Positions 33,901 to 42,008 of a stretch of 64,000 bases of DNA are shown here, piece by piece; within the stretch, counting starts at the first letter, position 1; each line of letters begins with the position of its first letter. Origin of the DNA: Deltaproteobacteria bacterium (GTDB lineage Bacteria; Myxococcota_A; Polyangia; Fen-1088); assembly GCA_033763315.1 (NCBI GenBank), contig JANRKS010000023.1, positions 32,001 to 96,000 of the forward strand, given 5' to 3'. A model generated the notes under the pieces. That model was given only the letters and a program-made list of their open reading frames with translations, searched no databases and was not told the DNA's origin. The position numbers were made by a program, and so were the translations under genes.

Positions 33901-35952
33901 CGAAGCGGGTTGATTCGTGAGCCACGATTCGGCCGCGGCATAGCGACCGAGGAGCGCCAACGTTTGTGCACGTTTCGTGGCGTCAGCGGGAGGGAAAGCA
34001 TCCGCGCCTGCAACAGCGTCGGCCAACGTCCACCAACGTTCGGCTTGGGCATGCTGCGCGCGCTGCCAGCACGACCGCGCCGCCGCTAAAAATGCATCAA
34101 AGGCCTCACACGTGTACCCGCACAGGCGCAGCGCCGCGGCCCGACGCGGATCATCGGATGGCAAAGAGACAACCGCGGCCCGCGCCAACAATTGGGCGGA
34201 GGGGCCAACAGCCGTGACGTTCCACAACGCTTCAGACTGCGCGCCCAAGGGAAGTTGCACGCCACCGTTGCCATTGCTCTGCAACCAGCCGCGTGCGATT
34301 GCGGTTGAGGTGTCGCATTCGACCTCTGTTGCCTCAAGCGACCACCAGCAAGCCAGCACGGCATTTGCGGCGTTTGGCGGCAAGGTGGCGAAGTCTTGCG
34401 CAAACACGTCATGCGCCGCGCTGGCCGACAACGCCACAACATCTTCGCCGGCCACACAGCGTCGAACCAACAAACTAACGAGCGCGGCATTGCCGCCACT
34501 GGCACCTATGATGTTGGCCACAAGCTTTGCGTCAACGTCGCTTCCGGCCGCCTGCAGCATGTTCGTGATCTCCGCTTCACCTAGCGGCGAGGCAGCCACC
34601 GCAAGCGCGCCTTGCGGCACAGGCGTCGCTGCGGGTGCGAACATCACAAACAAACATTTGTTGGTGCAGGCCTGCTGCAACAGTGGCCACCACGGCAGCA
34701 ACGAAGCCGCATCTTCGCCATCCGCATCAAGCAGAACGCAAACCGGCTCCGCGATGGCATCCGCGGCTGAAAGCAGCTGAGCGCGGCGGCTCGCGGCGGC
34801 GCGCGCAGGATCGGAAAGCGGTGGCGCGCGGTGGGAGGCCAGCAACGCTGTGGCGGTGGTGACGCGTAGATTGGACTCACCGCGGGCCAAGGCGCCAAGG
34901 CGATGGTCGGCCAGCGCTTGCGTCCACAGCGCATGTCGCCCGCTGCCCGGCATACCCGTGAAGACCAACGCCTGATGTGAGTTGCTCGCCTGCGCCAGGG
35001 CAGACAGCACTTGCACCAATCGTTGCCGCTCCGCCTCGCGCCCCACAAACACGCCTGCCAAGGGATCGCCGCTGTCGATGGGCCGCGATGCCAAAGCGGC
35101 GCGCAGGCCATCGTCGTCGCTTGCCGGCATGGCTTTACGAATTCGCTGCACCACATGGCGGGCTGACGCCGGTCGTTGTGAGGGCGTGATTTGCAGCAGC
35201 TCGACGATCAGTTCGTTGAGCCACGGCGGCAAGCCCTCGCGCAATAGAGACGGTGGCTTCACATCGCCGGCCGCGAGCATGCGCGCCACACCAATGGTGC
35301 CTTCACCAAATGGCGGCTGCCCCGTCCATGCAAAATACAAAGTGGCGCCGAGGCCAAACAAATCCGAGCGCGCGGTCACTTGGCCCAGCAGCGCTTCCGG
35401 TGCAGCGAAGCCCGCCGTCCCCTGCCCCGCCCCCCCGCCTGCGGCGCGCGACAAACCAAAATCAACCAACACCGCGCGGCCCCCGTTATCAATCACAACG
35501 TTCGCCGGCGTGACATCGCCGTGAACAAGGTGGCGGCTGTGGACATAAGCCAGCGCATCACCGAGTTCCGTGGCGAGCCGAACCACATCCCCCACAGAGG
35601 GGGCAGCCAATGTGCGCCACGCCTGCAAGGAGATACCGCCCACATCAGCGGTGGCAAGGTAGAGGCGCCCCGTTAGATCAATCGGCCCCGGTCCCTGCGG
35701 TGGCGACCACATCAACGGCGATTGAATCTGGCCCACTTCCACGACGCGAGCGATGTGCGGGTGGGTCAGCCGCGTGAGGTGCACGTACTCGCGCAGCAGG
35801 CCGCCCGGCGCCTCGAATTTGAGAACAGCGCTGGAGCCGTCGTTCGTATCTTGCGCACGCGCGGCAAAACGCAGAGCGTCGCCGCCGATCCAGTGGCGGA
35901 GGCGGAAGCGGCCCACCAGCGGGTCGAGGGCGCCAACTTCGGTGGCAGTCAC
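30991..35952 (-). CDS. Ser/Thr kinase-STAND-TPR-GAF-sigma54 AAA+-Fis HTH enhancer-binding protein
   Basis: Kinase HGDVTPAN, DFG, GTAGFAAPE. STAND FVGREAE/GMPGSGR. TPRs and GAF. Activator motifs GESGTGKE, GAFTGA, LFLDEVGE, WPGNVREL. HTH NQTRAAQALGLSR. Confidence 0.93.
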   Translation of the reverse strand: MTATEVGALDPLVGRFRLRHWIGGDALRFAARAQDTNDGSSAVLKFEAPGGLLREYVHLTRLTHPHIARVVEVGQIQSPLMWSPPQGPGPIDLTGRLYLATADVGGISLQAWRTLAAPSVGDVVRLATELGDALAYVHSRHLVHGDVTPANVVIDNGGRAVLVDFGLSRAAGGGAGQGTAGFAAPEALLGQVTARSDLFGLGATLYFAWTGQPPFGEGTIGVARMLAAGDVKPPSLLREGLPPWLNELIVELLQITPSQRPASARHVVQRIRKAMPASDDDGLRAALASRPIDSGDPLAGVFVGREAERQRLVQVLSALAQASNSHQALVFTGMPGSGRHALWTQALADHRLGALARGESNLRVTTATALLASHRAPPLSDPARAAASRRAQLLSAADAIAEPVCVLLDADGEDAASLLPWWPLLQQACTNKCLFVMFAPAATPVPQGALAVAASPLGEAEITNMLQAAGSDVDAKLVANIIGASGGNAALVSLLVRRCVAGEDVVALSASAAHDVFAQDFATLPPNAANAVLACWWSLEATEVECDTSTAIARGWLQSNGNGGVQLPLGAQSEALWNVTAVGPSAQLLARAAVVSLPSDDPRRAAALRLCGYTCEAFDAFLAAARSCWQRAQHAQAERWWTLADAVAGADAFPPADATKRAQTLALLGRYAAAESWLTNQPASGSPAAQVMLAETAAWLARRQGDLPKAVTVLQNAQSLIATETAFDPTEAALASARLAAQRCRVAIAAGKHEEALALAQKANAGDPETLRLVDECRALCLAYLGRADEAKAAVVQLQARLSAQIDDESIGRTFAISGIAAQFRHDLQGAQAAYDQAITAYEKVGDVHGHANARLNLAMVLSEQGRYSEALQAFGRAFDDLLRVGAFGDANAAAFNAGLLFARLRDQAAVRAALGRISRAALALGENAPLAWLASLEGTAAWHAGEFAASAAHHAEAAQAFARNSDPLSSSLAWLASAEAHAEAGATEAATLAVAHTSQANVDVTQVQWINARLSLRSGAADLQAARRLRDEATSDANNLRRPRALRSAILAARLFAALGNAPESEQCFALAHRMQEEIKMHSPAAHHAALDADPDAVWLGSWRAQNNGASSGGAVVQMAERLASAQARLRRFVRLSKRLNSELRLPRLLETVLDTIIELTEAERGFLLLRDAQGDLVVRAARNIEQTSLEGAALAFSRSIAEQVARTGSPVITVDAADDARFRQALSVSDLQLRSVVAVPLTIKGQVEGTIYVDNRLRQGAFGEADASTLLDFAELAALAIGNARLVSELQRRDRQIESLNRRLEKDLAARKEEISSMRVELSESRETFALRFDYNQIIGRSPRMMELLRLLDRVSETNLPVIIQGESGTGKELVARALVANGPRKAKAFVTENCAAIPETLLESTLFGYTRGAFTGADRDTRGLFAIANEGTLFLDEVGEMSPALQGKLLRVLQEGEYRRVGGQRSEKTDVRLIVATNKDLAAMVASGQFRQDLFYRLAVVRVQLPPLRDRAEDIPLLVRHFLSQWKEKAGVRARHISSDALSRLCAYRWPGNVRELENELGRATAFAGETIEVSDLSPHLASPMGPALAPSLDAEDMDLKLRVERLEKGLLREALSKFDGNQTRAAQALGLSRFGLQKKMRRYGFAASS

Positions 35953-36030
35953 CCCCTTATAGTATCGCGATGCGGTCTTTACTGCTCATCCAAGCGCTGA
36001 ACGACGAAAAAACTGCCAACTTTGTTTCTG

Positions 36031-36951
36031 TTAGCGGGTCTTGAGGCGAGCCAACGAGCGCTTCGCGAGGCCGCGGATCTCCTCATCTTCGTGCGCGTCG
36101 GCCACGAATTCCAGGTAAGACGCGGCTTCAGGTCCACCCAGTAGCGCCACCGCCTCAACGATTTTCCGCATCTCGCGGCGGTCGTGCATCGAGCGGCTGC
36201 TGGTCAACACCGCGACGGCCCGCCGTTCACGCATGGCGAGCAGCGCACCCAGGGCGGCGTCTCTCACCGTCTCATCCTCGTCCGTGAGCAGCCCCAGCAG
36301 AGGTTCGACAGCTTGCTGAAGCTGACGCTGGCCCGCCTGCCGGATGGCTTCTTCTCGAAGCGAGCCTTCCTTGGAGCTGATCAATTTCACAACCTCAGCC
36401 TCGGGCGCGGTGCGAAGCTTTTGGCGGGCGATGTAATCCCGCAGCAGGTCGTTCACCAAGCGGGTGACGAGGGAAGAATAGACTTTTTGTGGTGGCTTGC
36501 CGTCCCCGCCCAAGACGTAGGGAAGCTCCGCCGCGGCTTCCACATCTTCGGCCCAGTAGGGATCAGCCAATTTGGTGGGAGCCACGCCCACGCGAAGCTT
36601 TGCAATGGCGCGAGCCAAAGCTTTCCCTTCGGCGCGGACGTCTTCCACCGCATAACCCAGCAACACCGTGGCCACCGCGGCGTTGGGACGGCCAGCGCCC
36701 GCGAATATTGCCGCGTCTTGCACTTGCTGTTTTGCCGCGTTGGTCAAGGCAGCGTCGTCGAAGGACACACCGGGCACTTGTGTGTCCTGGGTCGCCATCT
36801 GTTGCACCTGCACTTGGCCAAGCACAGGCGTCTCAAAGGTGGGCTCCGCGTTGGCGGAGACTGGGGGTGCCGAAGGGGTTCGCTTGCACTGACTGAGCAC
36901 GAGCAAAAGCAAAGCTGTGGAACGCCAAGCGCCGCAGGACCTGCGCATCAC
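36031..36951 (-). CDS. HEAT-repeat exported/lipoprotein
   Basis: Signal-like N-terminus with Cys. C-terminal HEAT repeats (AVEPLLGLLTDEDETVRDAALGAL). Confidence 0.8.
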   Translation of the reverse strand: MMRRSCGAWRSTALLLLVLSQCKRTPSAPPVSANAEPTFETPVLGQVQVQQMATQDTQVPGVSFDDAALTNAAKQQVQDAAIFAGAGRPNAAVATVLLGYAVEDVRAEGKALARAIAKLRVGVAPTKLADPYWAEDVEAAAELPYVLGGDGKPPQKVYSSLVTRLVNDLLRDYIARQKLRTAPEAEVVKLISSKEGSLREEAIRQAGQRQLQQAVEPLLGLLTDEDETVRDAALGALLAMRERRAVAVLTSSRSMHDRREMRKIVEAVALLGGPEAASYLEFVADAHEDEEIRGLAKRSLARLKTR

Positions 36952-37430
36952 GGCACCAATCGCTTGACCAACGTCACCAGATCATCGCCCGGACGGTAGA
37001 AGTCTGCGATCAGGCCCACGACCTTAAACCCGTGGCGCTCGTAAAACCGCTTGGCACCGCCTTGGCCTTCAAGGCTGGAGGTTTCAATGCGAATGGATCG
37101 TGCGCCTCGTTTGGTGAGCGCGGTTTGCACCCCCGTCAGGAGTTGCCCGCCCAAGCCCTGGCCACGCAGGTGTGGCGCGGTCACCATCCAATACAAATCG
37201 AAGGTGGCGTCGGTCATTGGCGTGGCGCCAAAACACGCATAACAAAGGGCCTGCGCGCTCTCGTCGAAGCCCGCCAACGCTTCGTAGGTATTGCCTTCAG
37301 GCTGAACCAGAACCGCTTCGAGCAGTTCGAGCGCGCACGCTGTTTCCTCGTCGCGAAAGGGATTGTGCGGATCGACCACCAGCTTTTCCAGTGTGGCGCG
37401 ATCGGTTGGTAAGGGGGATCGTATCAGCAT
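36948..37430 (-). CDS. GNAT family N-acetyltransferase
   Basis: DLYWMVTAPHLRGQGLGGQLL, IETSS, RFYERHGF, DFYRPGDD. Confidence 0.9.
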   Translation of the reverse strand: MLIRSPLPTDRATLEKLVVDPHNPFRDEETACALELLEAVLVQPEGNTYEALAGFDESAQALCYACFGATPMTDATFDLYWMVTAPHLRGQGLGGQLLTGVQTALTKRGARSIRIETSSLEGQGGAKRFYERHGFKVVGLIADFYRPGDDLVTLVKRLVP

Positions 37431-38466
37431 CTTTTCGTGCCAAGGCTAGGCGCGCGATGTGCGCAATCACAGATTCATAAGATTCGCCGGCGGCGCGCGC
37501 GGCCTTCGCAAAACCAGCCACCTTCGAAACGTCGCAGTTGGGATTCACATCAATGACGTACGGAATGCCTTCTTGCGATAAGCGAATATCGACCCGGCCG
37601 TAGTCGCGTAGGTCGAGCGCCGCGAACGCCGCCCGCGCCACCAGTTCGATGCGTTCAACCGTGTGGCGCGGCAAATCACATACAGGACGGGTGGGCGTAG
37701 ACAAATAATCGGGCGAGGTTTCATTCCACTTGGCATCGAACGTCACCACGTGGCGTCGATCGGGAGGCATGGTGGAAAAATCCACCTCAAACAGCGGCAA
37801 GATTCGGCAGGTCACGGGGCGCGCGCCCGTCTGCAGGGGCTCGTCCAACTTGCCCACGTAGATCTCCCGGCCTTCGATGAACTGCTCGATCAAAACGGGT
37901 TGCCGGTAGCGTTCCCAGACGTGGCTCACCTGCGCCTCAAGCTCCGTTCGCGTGTCGACGACCGAGGCCGCGCTGATGCCCACCGACGCGTCTTCACGAG
38001 AAGGTTTCACGATCATCGGCCCTGGCATCACGAAGCCTTCGGGCACCGACGGACCATCCACACGTAGACCCACAGGGGTGCTGATGCCCGCGGCTTGCAG
38101 AATCTGTTTCGCGCGATCTTTGTAGACGGAAAGCAGCAACGTGGGCGCCGTTGAACCCGTGTACGCCAGGCCGGCGAGTTCTAAAAGCAACGGAAACGCC
38201 GCTTCGAAACGTCCTTGCCCCGCAAAGGATTCGCACAGGTTGAAGACAGCGTCCGGCCGCAGTTCAGCGATGTCGTTCACCGCGAGTCCCACATCGTCAG
38301 TGACACCGACGGTGTCGACGGTAAAGTTTGCTTCCACCAACGCCGCCGACACATCTTTCGCCACACCAACCACGTCTTCACGCGCTCGGTTTTCAGGGTC
38401 GGCTTTTGCGCCTTCATAGTCGCGGTTGAAGGCGACCACAACTCGTCCCGAAGAAGTATGGCTCAC
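37297..38466 (-). CDS. D-Ala-D-Ala ligase-like ATP-grasp enzyme (non-canonical Ddl paralog)
   Basis: VFNLCE, YTGS, IVKPSREDASVGI, EQFIEGRE, RDYGRVDIRL, IDVNPN. Confidence 0.85.
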   Translation of the reverse strand: MSHTSSGRVVVAFNRDYEGAKADPENRAREDVVGVAKDVSAALVEANFTVDTVGVTDDVGLAVNDIAELRPDAVFNLCESFAGQGRFEAAFPLLLELAGLAYTGSTAPTLLLSVYKDRAKQILQAAGISTPVGLRVDGPSVPEGFVMPGPMIVKPSREDASVGISAASVVDTRTELEAQVSHVWERYRQPVLIEQFIEGREIYVGKLDEPLQTGARPVTCRILPLFEVDFSTMPPDRRHVVTFDAKWNETSPDYLSTPTRPVCDLPRHTVERIELVARAAFAALDLRDYGRVDIRLSQEGIPYVIDVNPNCDVSKVAGFAKAARAAGESYESVIAHIARLALARKDADTIPLTNRSRHTGKAGGRSAQSLSRRGNSVRARTARSGSGSA

Positions 38467-39179
38467 GTTTGAAGCAGTGATGATACCGCGCTTGTCGCAA
38501 CACCCGCAATCACGCTTTCATGCACTTCTTCAAGCACAACCTCGAACGCCTCGCTCAGGGCCGCGGCGAGCAAAGGCACAACGGAACTGACAGGGATCGG
38601 TTCACCCAACAACGCCGTTACCGAAGTTACGGCTTTGCCCACAATTCCACACGGCACGATCATGTTGAACGCCGCAAGGTCGGTTTGCACGTTCAGCGCG
38701 AGGCCATGGATAGGCACCCGCCGGCGCACGTGCACGCCAAAAGCGCACACCTTCGCTCCGTTGATCCACACGCCCGGCTCATCCCGGCGAAACTCCCCGC
38801 GCAGACCCCAACCTGCCAGAACCGCGATGACCGCCTTGGCCATCGCCTCCACGTGTGCGACCACCCCCGTTTTGGCTCGCAGAGGAAAGATGGGATAAGC
38901 CACGAGTTGGCCCGGGCCGTGATAAGTCACGTCGCCCCCGCGGCTGGCGACGTGCAACTGCACGCCCGCCGCAGCCAAATCCTCAGGCGAGCAAAGCAGG
39001 TTCTTGGGCCGCGCGGAACGACCCATGGTGATGACGGGATCGTGTTCGCACAGCAGCAAGGTCGGCCGCCTGGCGCGGCTGGCGACCTCTTGGCGTAGGC
39101 GCTCTTGCAAGGCCACCGTGGGCACGAAGCCCACGCGGCCAAGCCAACACCATTGCCCTTGGGTGATGCTGGTCCCCAA
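38463..39179 (-). CDS. lipB: Octanoyltransferase
   Basis: LLLCEHDPVITMG, RGGDVTYHGPGQLVAYPI, HGLALNV, IVPCGI. Confidence 0.95.
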   Translation of the reverse strand: MGTSITQGQWCWLGRVGFVPTVALQERLRQEVASRARRPTLLLCEHDPVITMGRSARPKNLLCSPEDLAAAGVQLHVASRGGDVTYHGPGQLVAYPIFPLRAKTGVVAHVEAMAKAVIAVLAGWGLRGEFRRDEPGVWINGAKVCAFGVHVRRRVPIHGLALNVQTDLAAFNMIVPCGIVGKAVTSVTALLGEPIPVSSVVPLLAAALSEAFEVVLEEVHESVIAGVATSAVSSLLQT

Positions 39180-39190
39180 AGGCGTCGAGG

Positions 39191-40876
39191 TTAACCTTCA
39201 GCCAACTCGGCGAAGAAGTCGGCGTCCACAAAGTCGACGCTGACCTGCGCGTTGATGACGCCCACGCCATGACGGCCACAAGCTTCTGCCATCGCAGGCC
39301 CATCCACCACCTCGATCGGGGGGCCCGGTTGCTTCCACTCGCGAATCGCCTCTTCCGCCAAGCGGCCTGCCAAAAGCAACACGCCCTCGTCGGCGTTGCG
39401 GGCGCGAACGCCTGCACGCAATTCACCGATGGCGCGGCGGCCGGCGGGGGTGGCGCCCCAACGCAGAGCCACCAAGCACTTCGACGGTTTCCAGCCGCGG
39501 CCACGCAACGCCTCAAGGTAAACGGTGCCCTCGACACGTTTGACGAACGTGGCGGGACCGAAGCCTTCGCGTTGCAACAACACGCGCGCCAAAGCCTCGA
39601 AAGCGCCATTGGCCAGTTCGCCTAGACGCAGTTCAAGCGAAGCCAATGTGCGTTCACGCAAGGCCCGGACGGCCTCGCCGTAAACATGTTCAGCCTTTTC
39701 GAGATCCAGGTCAGCGGGGCGACGAGCCAGCGCAAACAACCCGCTGCCTGCGGCTCGAATGCGTGGGCGCAAACCGGCGCGCAAACGTTCTTTGCCCTCA
39801 GCGGCCAATGCCGCGCGCACCACCCGCCAGGCTTCATGAGCCTCGCCGTGGATCAAGCGACGCCGCACAGCCGCGTCGGCAATCTGCCGCACGTGCACGC
39901 CGCGTCCTGGGGCCTGGCCACGCAACACTTCGATGGCCGCGTCGATCGGCGCCATGATGCGCCGACCTTGATCGCCGTGGCTGTCGGAAGACGGCGGCAC
40001 ATCAGAAGACGCAACGCTGGATCCCGCTGCGTCGTTGGCATGCGGAGGGGCGCTGCCGCGAGGCTCTGATTCAGATTCAGCGACATCGGCGCCGAGATCA
40101 TCATCGCCCATCGAATCGCCGCCCCGGAAGTCAGCGACGAACGGCTGAGCACCCGTGGCAGCCTCCGTTTGCAGGCCTCCCGCGTCCGCACCACCGCGCC
40201 GCCGGCGCCTACGACGGCGACGGCGACGGCCTGGGCCTTCACCCTCACCCTCGCCGGCCGCACCGCCTGCAGCCATCTCGCCGTCGGCGTCGTCGTCGCC
40301 GGCGAGATCGCCGTCATCGTCGCCCGCGTCAGCGCCGGCTGCGTCGTCACCACTGGCCGCCATCGGCACAACGTCGCCGCTTGGTTGGCCTTGTGGGGCC
40401 TCAACGCGAACCGGTGGGGACAAAGATTCAGAGTCGTCCGTGGCCGCAGCCTGTTCTTTTTCCGCGACAATATCGCCCGCAACGTCATCACCGGCACGAT
40501 CGTCAGCGTCGCCTCGACCACGACGGCCACGACGTGAGCGACGACCCCGGCGCGCATCGGCGCTTGATTCGTCGGCGGCTTGTTCGGCACGTTCGGCCTT
40601 CGGTTCGGCCACCACGGGGGCGGGTGCTGGCGGTGCTTCCGGCTCGACCACGTCAGGGTACCGCAGCAAACCAAACACGCCCGGCTTCACCCGAACGAAC
40701 GGGTTGCCTGGGGCTTTCTTCACGGCGGCGGTCAGTTGGGTTTGCATCGTCACTTCGGGCGTACGGCCAACGAAGGTGAGTAGCTTTTTGCCAACAGCCA
40801 TCTCCGTGATCTCTTTGAAGTGGAGGGGCTTACGCTCTCTGCCAAGGATCTGCAGAGCGGCTTCAAGAAACGTCAT
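39191..40876 (-). CDS. Twin HARE-HTH protein with acidic/Arg-rich disordered linker and C-terminal Mrr-like restriction-fold domain
   Basis: MTFLEAALQIL..PLHFKEIT...GRTPEVTM...PGVFGL. Second copy IDAAIEVLR..VHVRQIA...GLFAL. C-terminal AFEALARVLLQREGF...IGELRAGV...IEVVDG. Confidence 0.75.
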   Translation of the reverse strand: MTFLEAALQILGRERKPLHFKEITEMAVGKKLLTFVGRTPEVTMQTQLTAAVKKAPGNPFVRVKPGVFGLLRYPDVVEPEAPPAPAPVVAEPKAERAEQAADESSADARRGRRSRRGRRGRGDADDRAGDDVAGDIVAEKEQAAATDDSESLSPPVRVEAPQGQPSGDVVPMAASGDDAAGADAGDDDGDLAGDDDADGEMAAGGAAGEGEGEGPGRRRRRRRRRRRGGADAGGLQTEAATGAQPFVADFRGGDSMGDDDLGADVAESESEPRGSAPPHANDAAGSSVASSDVPPSSDSHGDQGRRIMAPIDAAIEVLRGQAPGRGVHVRQIADAAVRRRLIHGEAHEAWRVVRAALAAEGKERLRAGLRPRIRAAGSGLFALARRPADLDLEKAEHVYGEAVRALRERTLASLELRLGELANGAFEALARVLLQREGFGPATFVKRVEGTVYLEALRGRGWKPSKCLVALRWGATPAGRRAIGELRAGVRARNADEGVLLLAGRLAEEAIREWKQPGPPIEVVDGPAMAEACGRHGVGVINAQVSVDFVDADFFAELAEG

Positions 40877-40966
40877 TGCGGCCAGTCTTTACCACAAAAC
40901 GCCCGTCTGCATCCGGGTTCCGCTCGTTTTTTTGACCGCCGCGCCGCCAGGGGTTACCGGTGGAAC

Positions 40967-41947
40967 ATGCAGGGCAAGCAACGCATCGGGATCTTTTTGA
41001 GCGGGCGGCCGGGCCAACGGGAGCTGGGCGTGCGGCAGGGCGCGGCCATTGCCTCGGCGTTGTCCACCTTGGGCCACGAAGGCGTGCAGTTGTTTCTGGA
41101 CCGCGATCTCGACGTCTTGCTTCGCCAGTCGAACATTTCGTGCGCGCTGTTGGCGCTGCAGGGGCGACAGGGCGAGGATGGCTGCGTGCAGGGGTTCCTT
41201 GAGGTGATGGGCGTCCCCTACACCGGCTCGGGCGTGGTGGCGGCGGCGGTGGCGTCTCACCGGATCAAAACCAAGGAGATCTTGCGGCTGCACAACCTGC
41301 CCACGGCGCCCGGCTACCTGTTCGATGCCGCCAGCGGCGAAGCGGTGGCCGATGTGCACGGGCAGTTCGGGTACCCCGTGACAGTGCGCCCCGTTCACGA
41401 GCGCATGCAGTTCGTGGACAGCCTCGCCTACGACGAAATGGAGTTGGAGGCCGCGCTCGAAGAGGCCCTGCGGCTAGATCAGCAGGCGCTGGTGGAACGG
41501 CACCTGGCGGGGCGCACGGTTGAAGTGGGCGTGCTGGACGGCGAGCCGCTGGGGGCGCTTGAATTCTTACGGGACACAGGTGCGGCGGCACGTGCCGGCG
41601 GCGCTTCGGTGCCATGCCGCCTGCCGGCCGAACGTTTGCGTTCAATTTTGCGCCTGGCCACCGCCGCCTACGAAGCCATCGGGTGCGAAGGCGCGGCCAC
41701 GGTGCAGATCCAGGTCTCCGACAAAGGCAACGAGATCGTGCGCGACGTGGACACGATGCCGGTATTGACCCCCCTTTCTGCCATGCCTCGCTTGGCGAAG
41801 CTGGCGGGCATTGGTTTTGCGGAATTGATCGGGCGGTTGATCCGCGGCGCGGGCCTGCGGGGTTGCAGTGTGGACGGCCGGCGTCCGTTGCAGTCGGCGT
41901 TGCTGGATGCGGCGCCGCCGCGCGGACAAACCTTCACAGCCCACTGA
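40967..41947 (+). CDS. Degenerate D-alanine--D-alanine ligase paralog
   Basis: LALQGRQGEDGCVQGFLEVMGVPYTGSG N-domain is retained; the ATP-grasp residues have diverged. Confidence 0.75.
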   Translation: MQGKQRIGIFLSGRPGQRELGVRQGAAIASALSTLGHEGVQLFLDRDLDVLLRQSNISCALLALQGRQGEDGCVQGFLEVMGVPYTGSGVVAAAVASHRIKTKEILRLHNLPTAPGYLFDAASGEAVADVHGQFGYPVTVRPVHERMQFVDSLAYDEMELEAALEEALRLDQQALVERHLAGRTVEVGVLDGEPLGALEFLRDTGAAARAGGASVPCRLPAERLRSILRLATAAYEAIGCEGAATVQIQVSDKGNEIVRDVDTMPVLTPLSAMPRLAKLAGIGFAELIGRLIRGAGLRGCSVDGRRPLQSALLDAAPPRGQTFTAH

Positions 41948-42008
41948 GATCCCCCCGCCTGGTGCCGGGTCAATTTTCTGGCGCATCCGCCGATGCATGA
42001 CGGTGGCT

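Noticed and set aside
39191-40876. Active type IV restriction or defence locus
   Set aside because: The catalytic motif is absent, and there are no methylase, mobile or defence neighbours.
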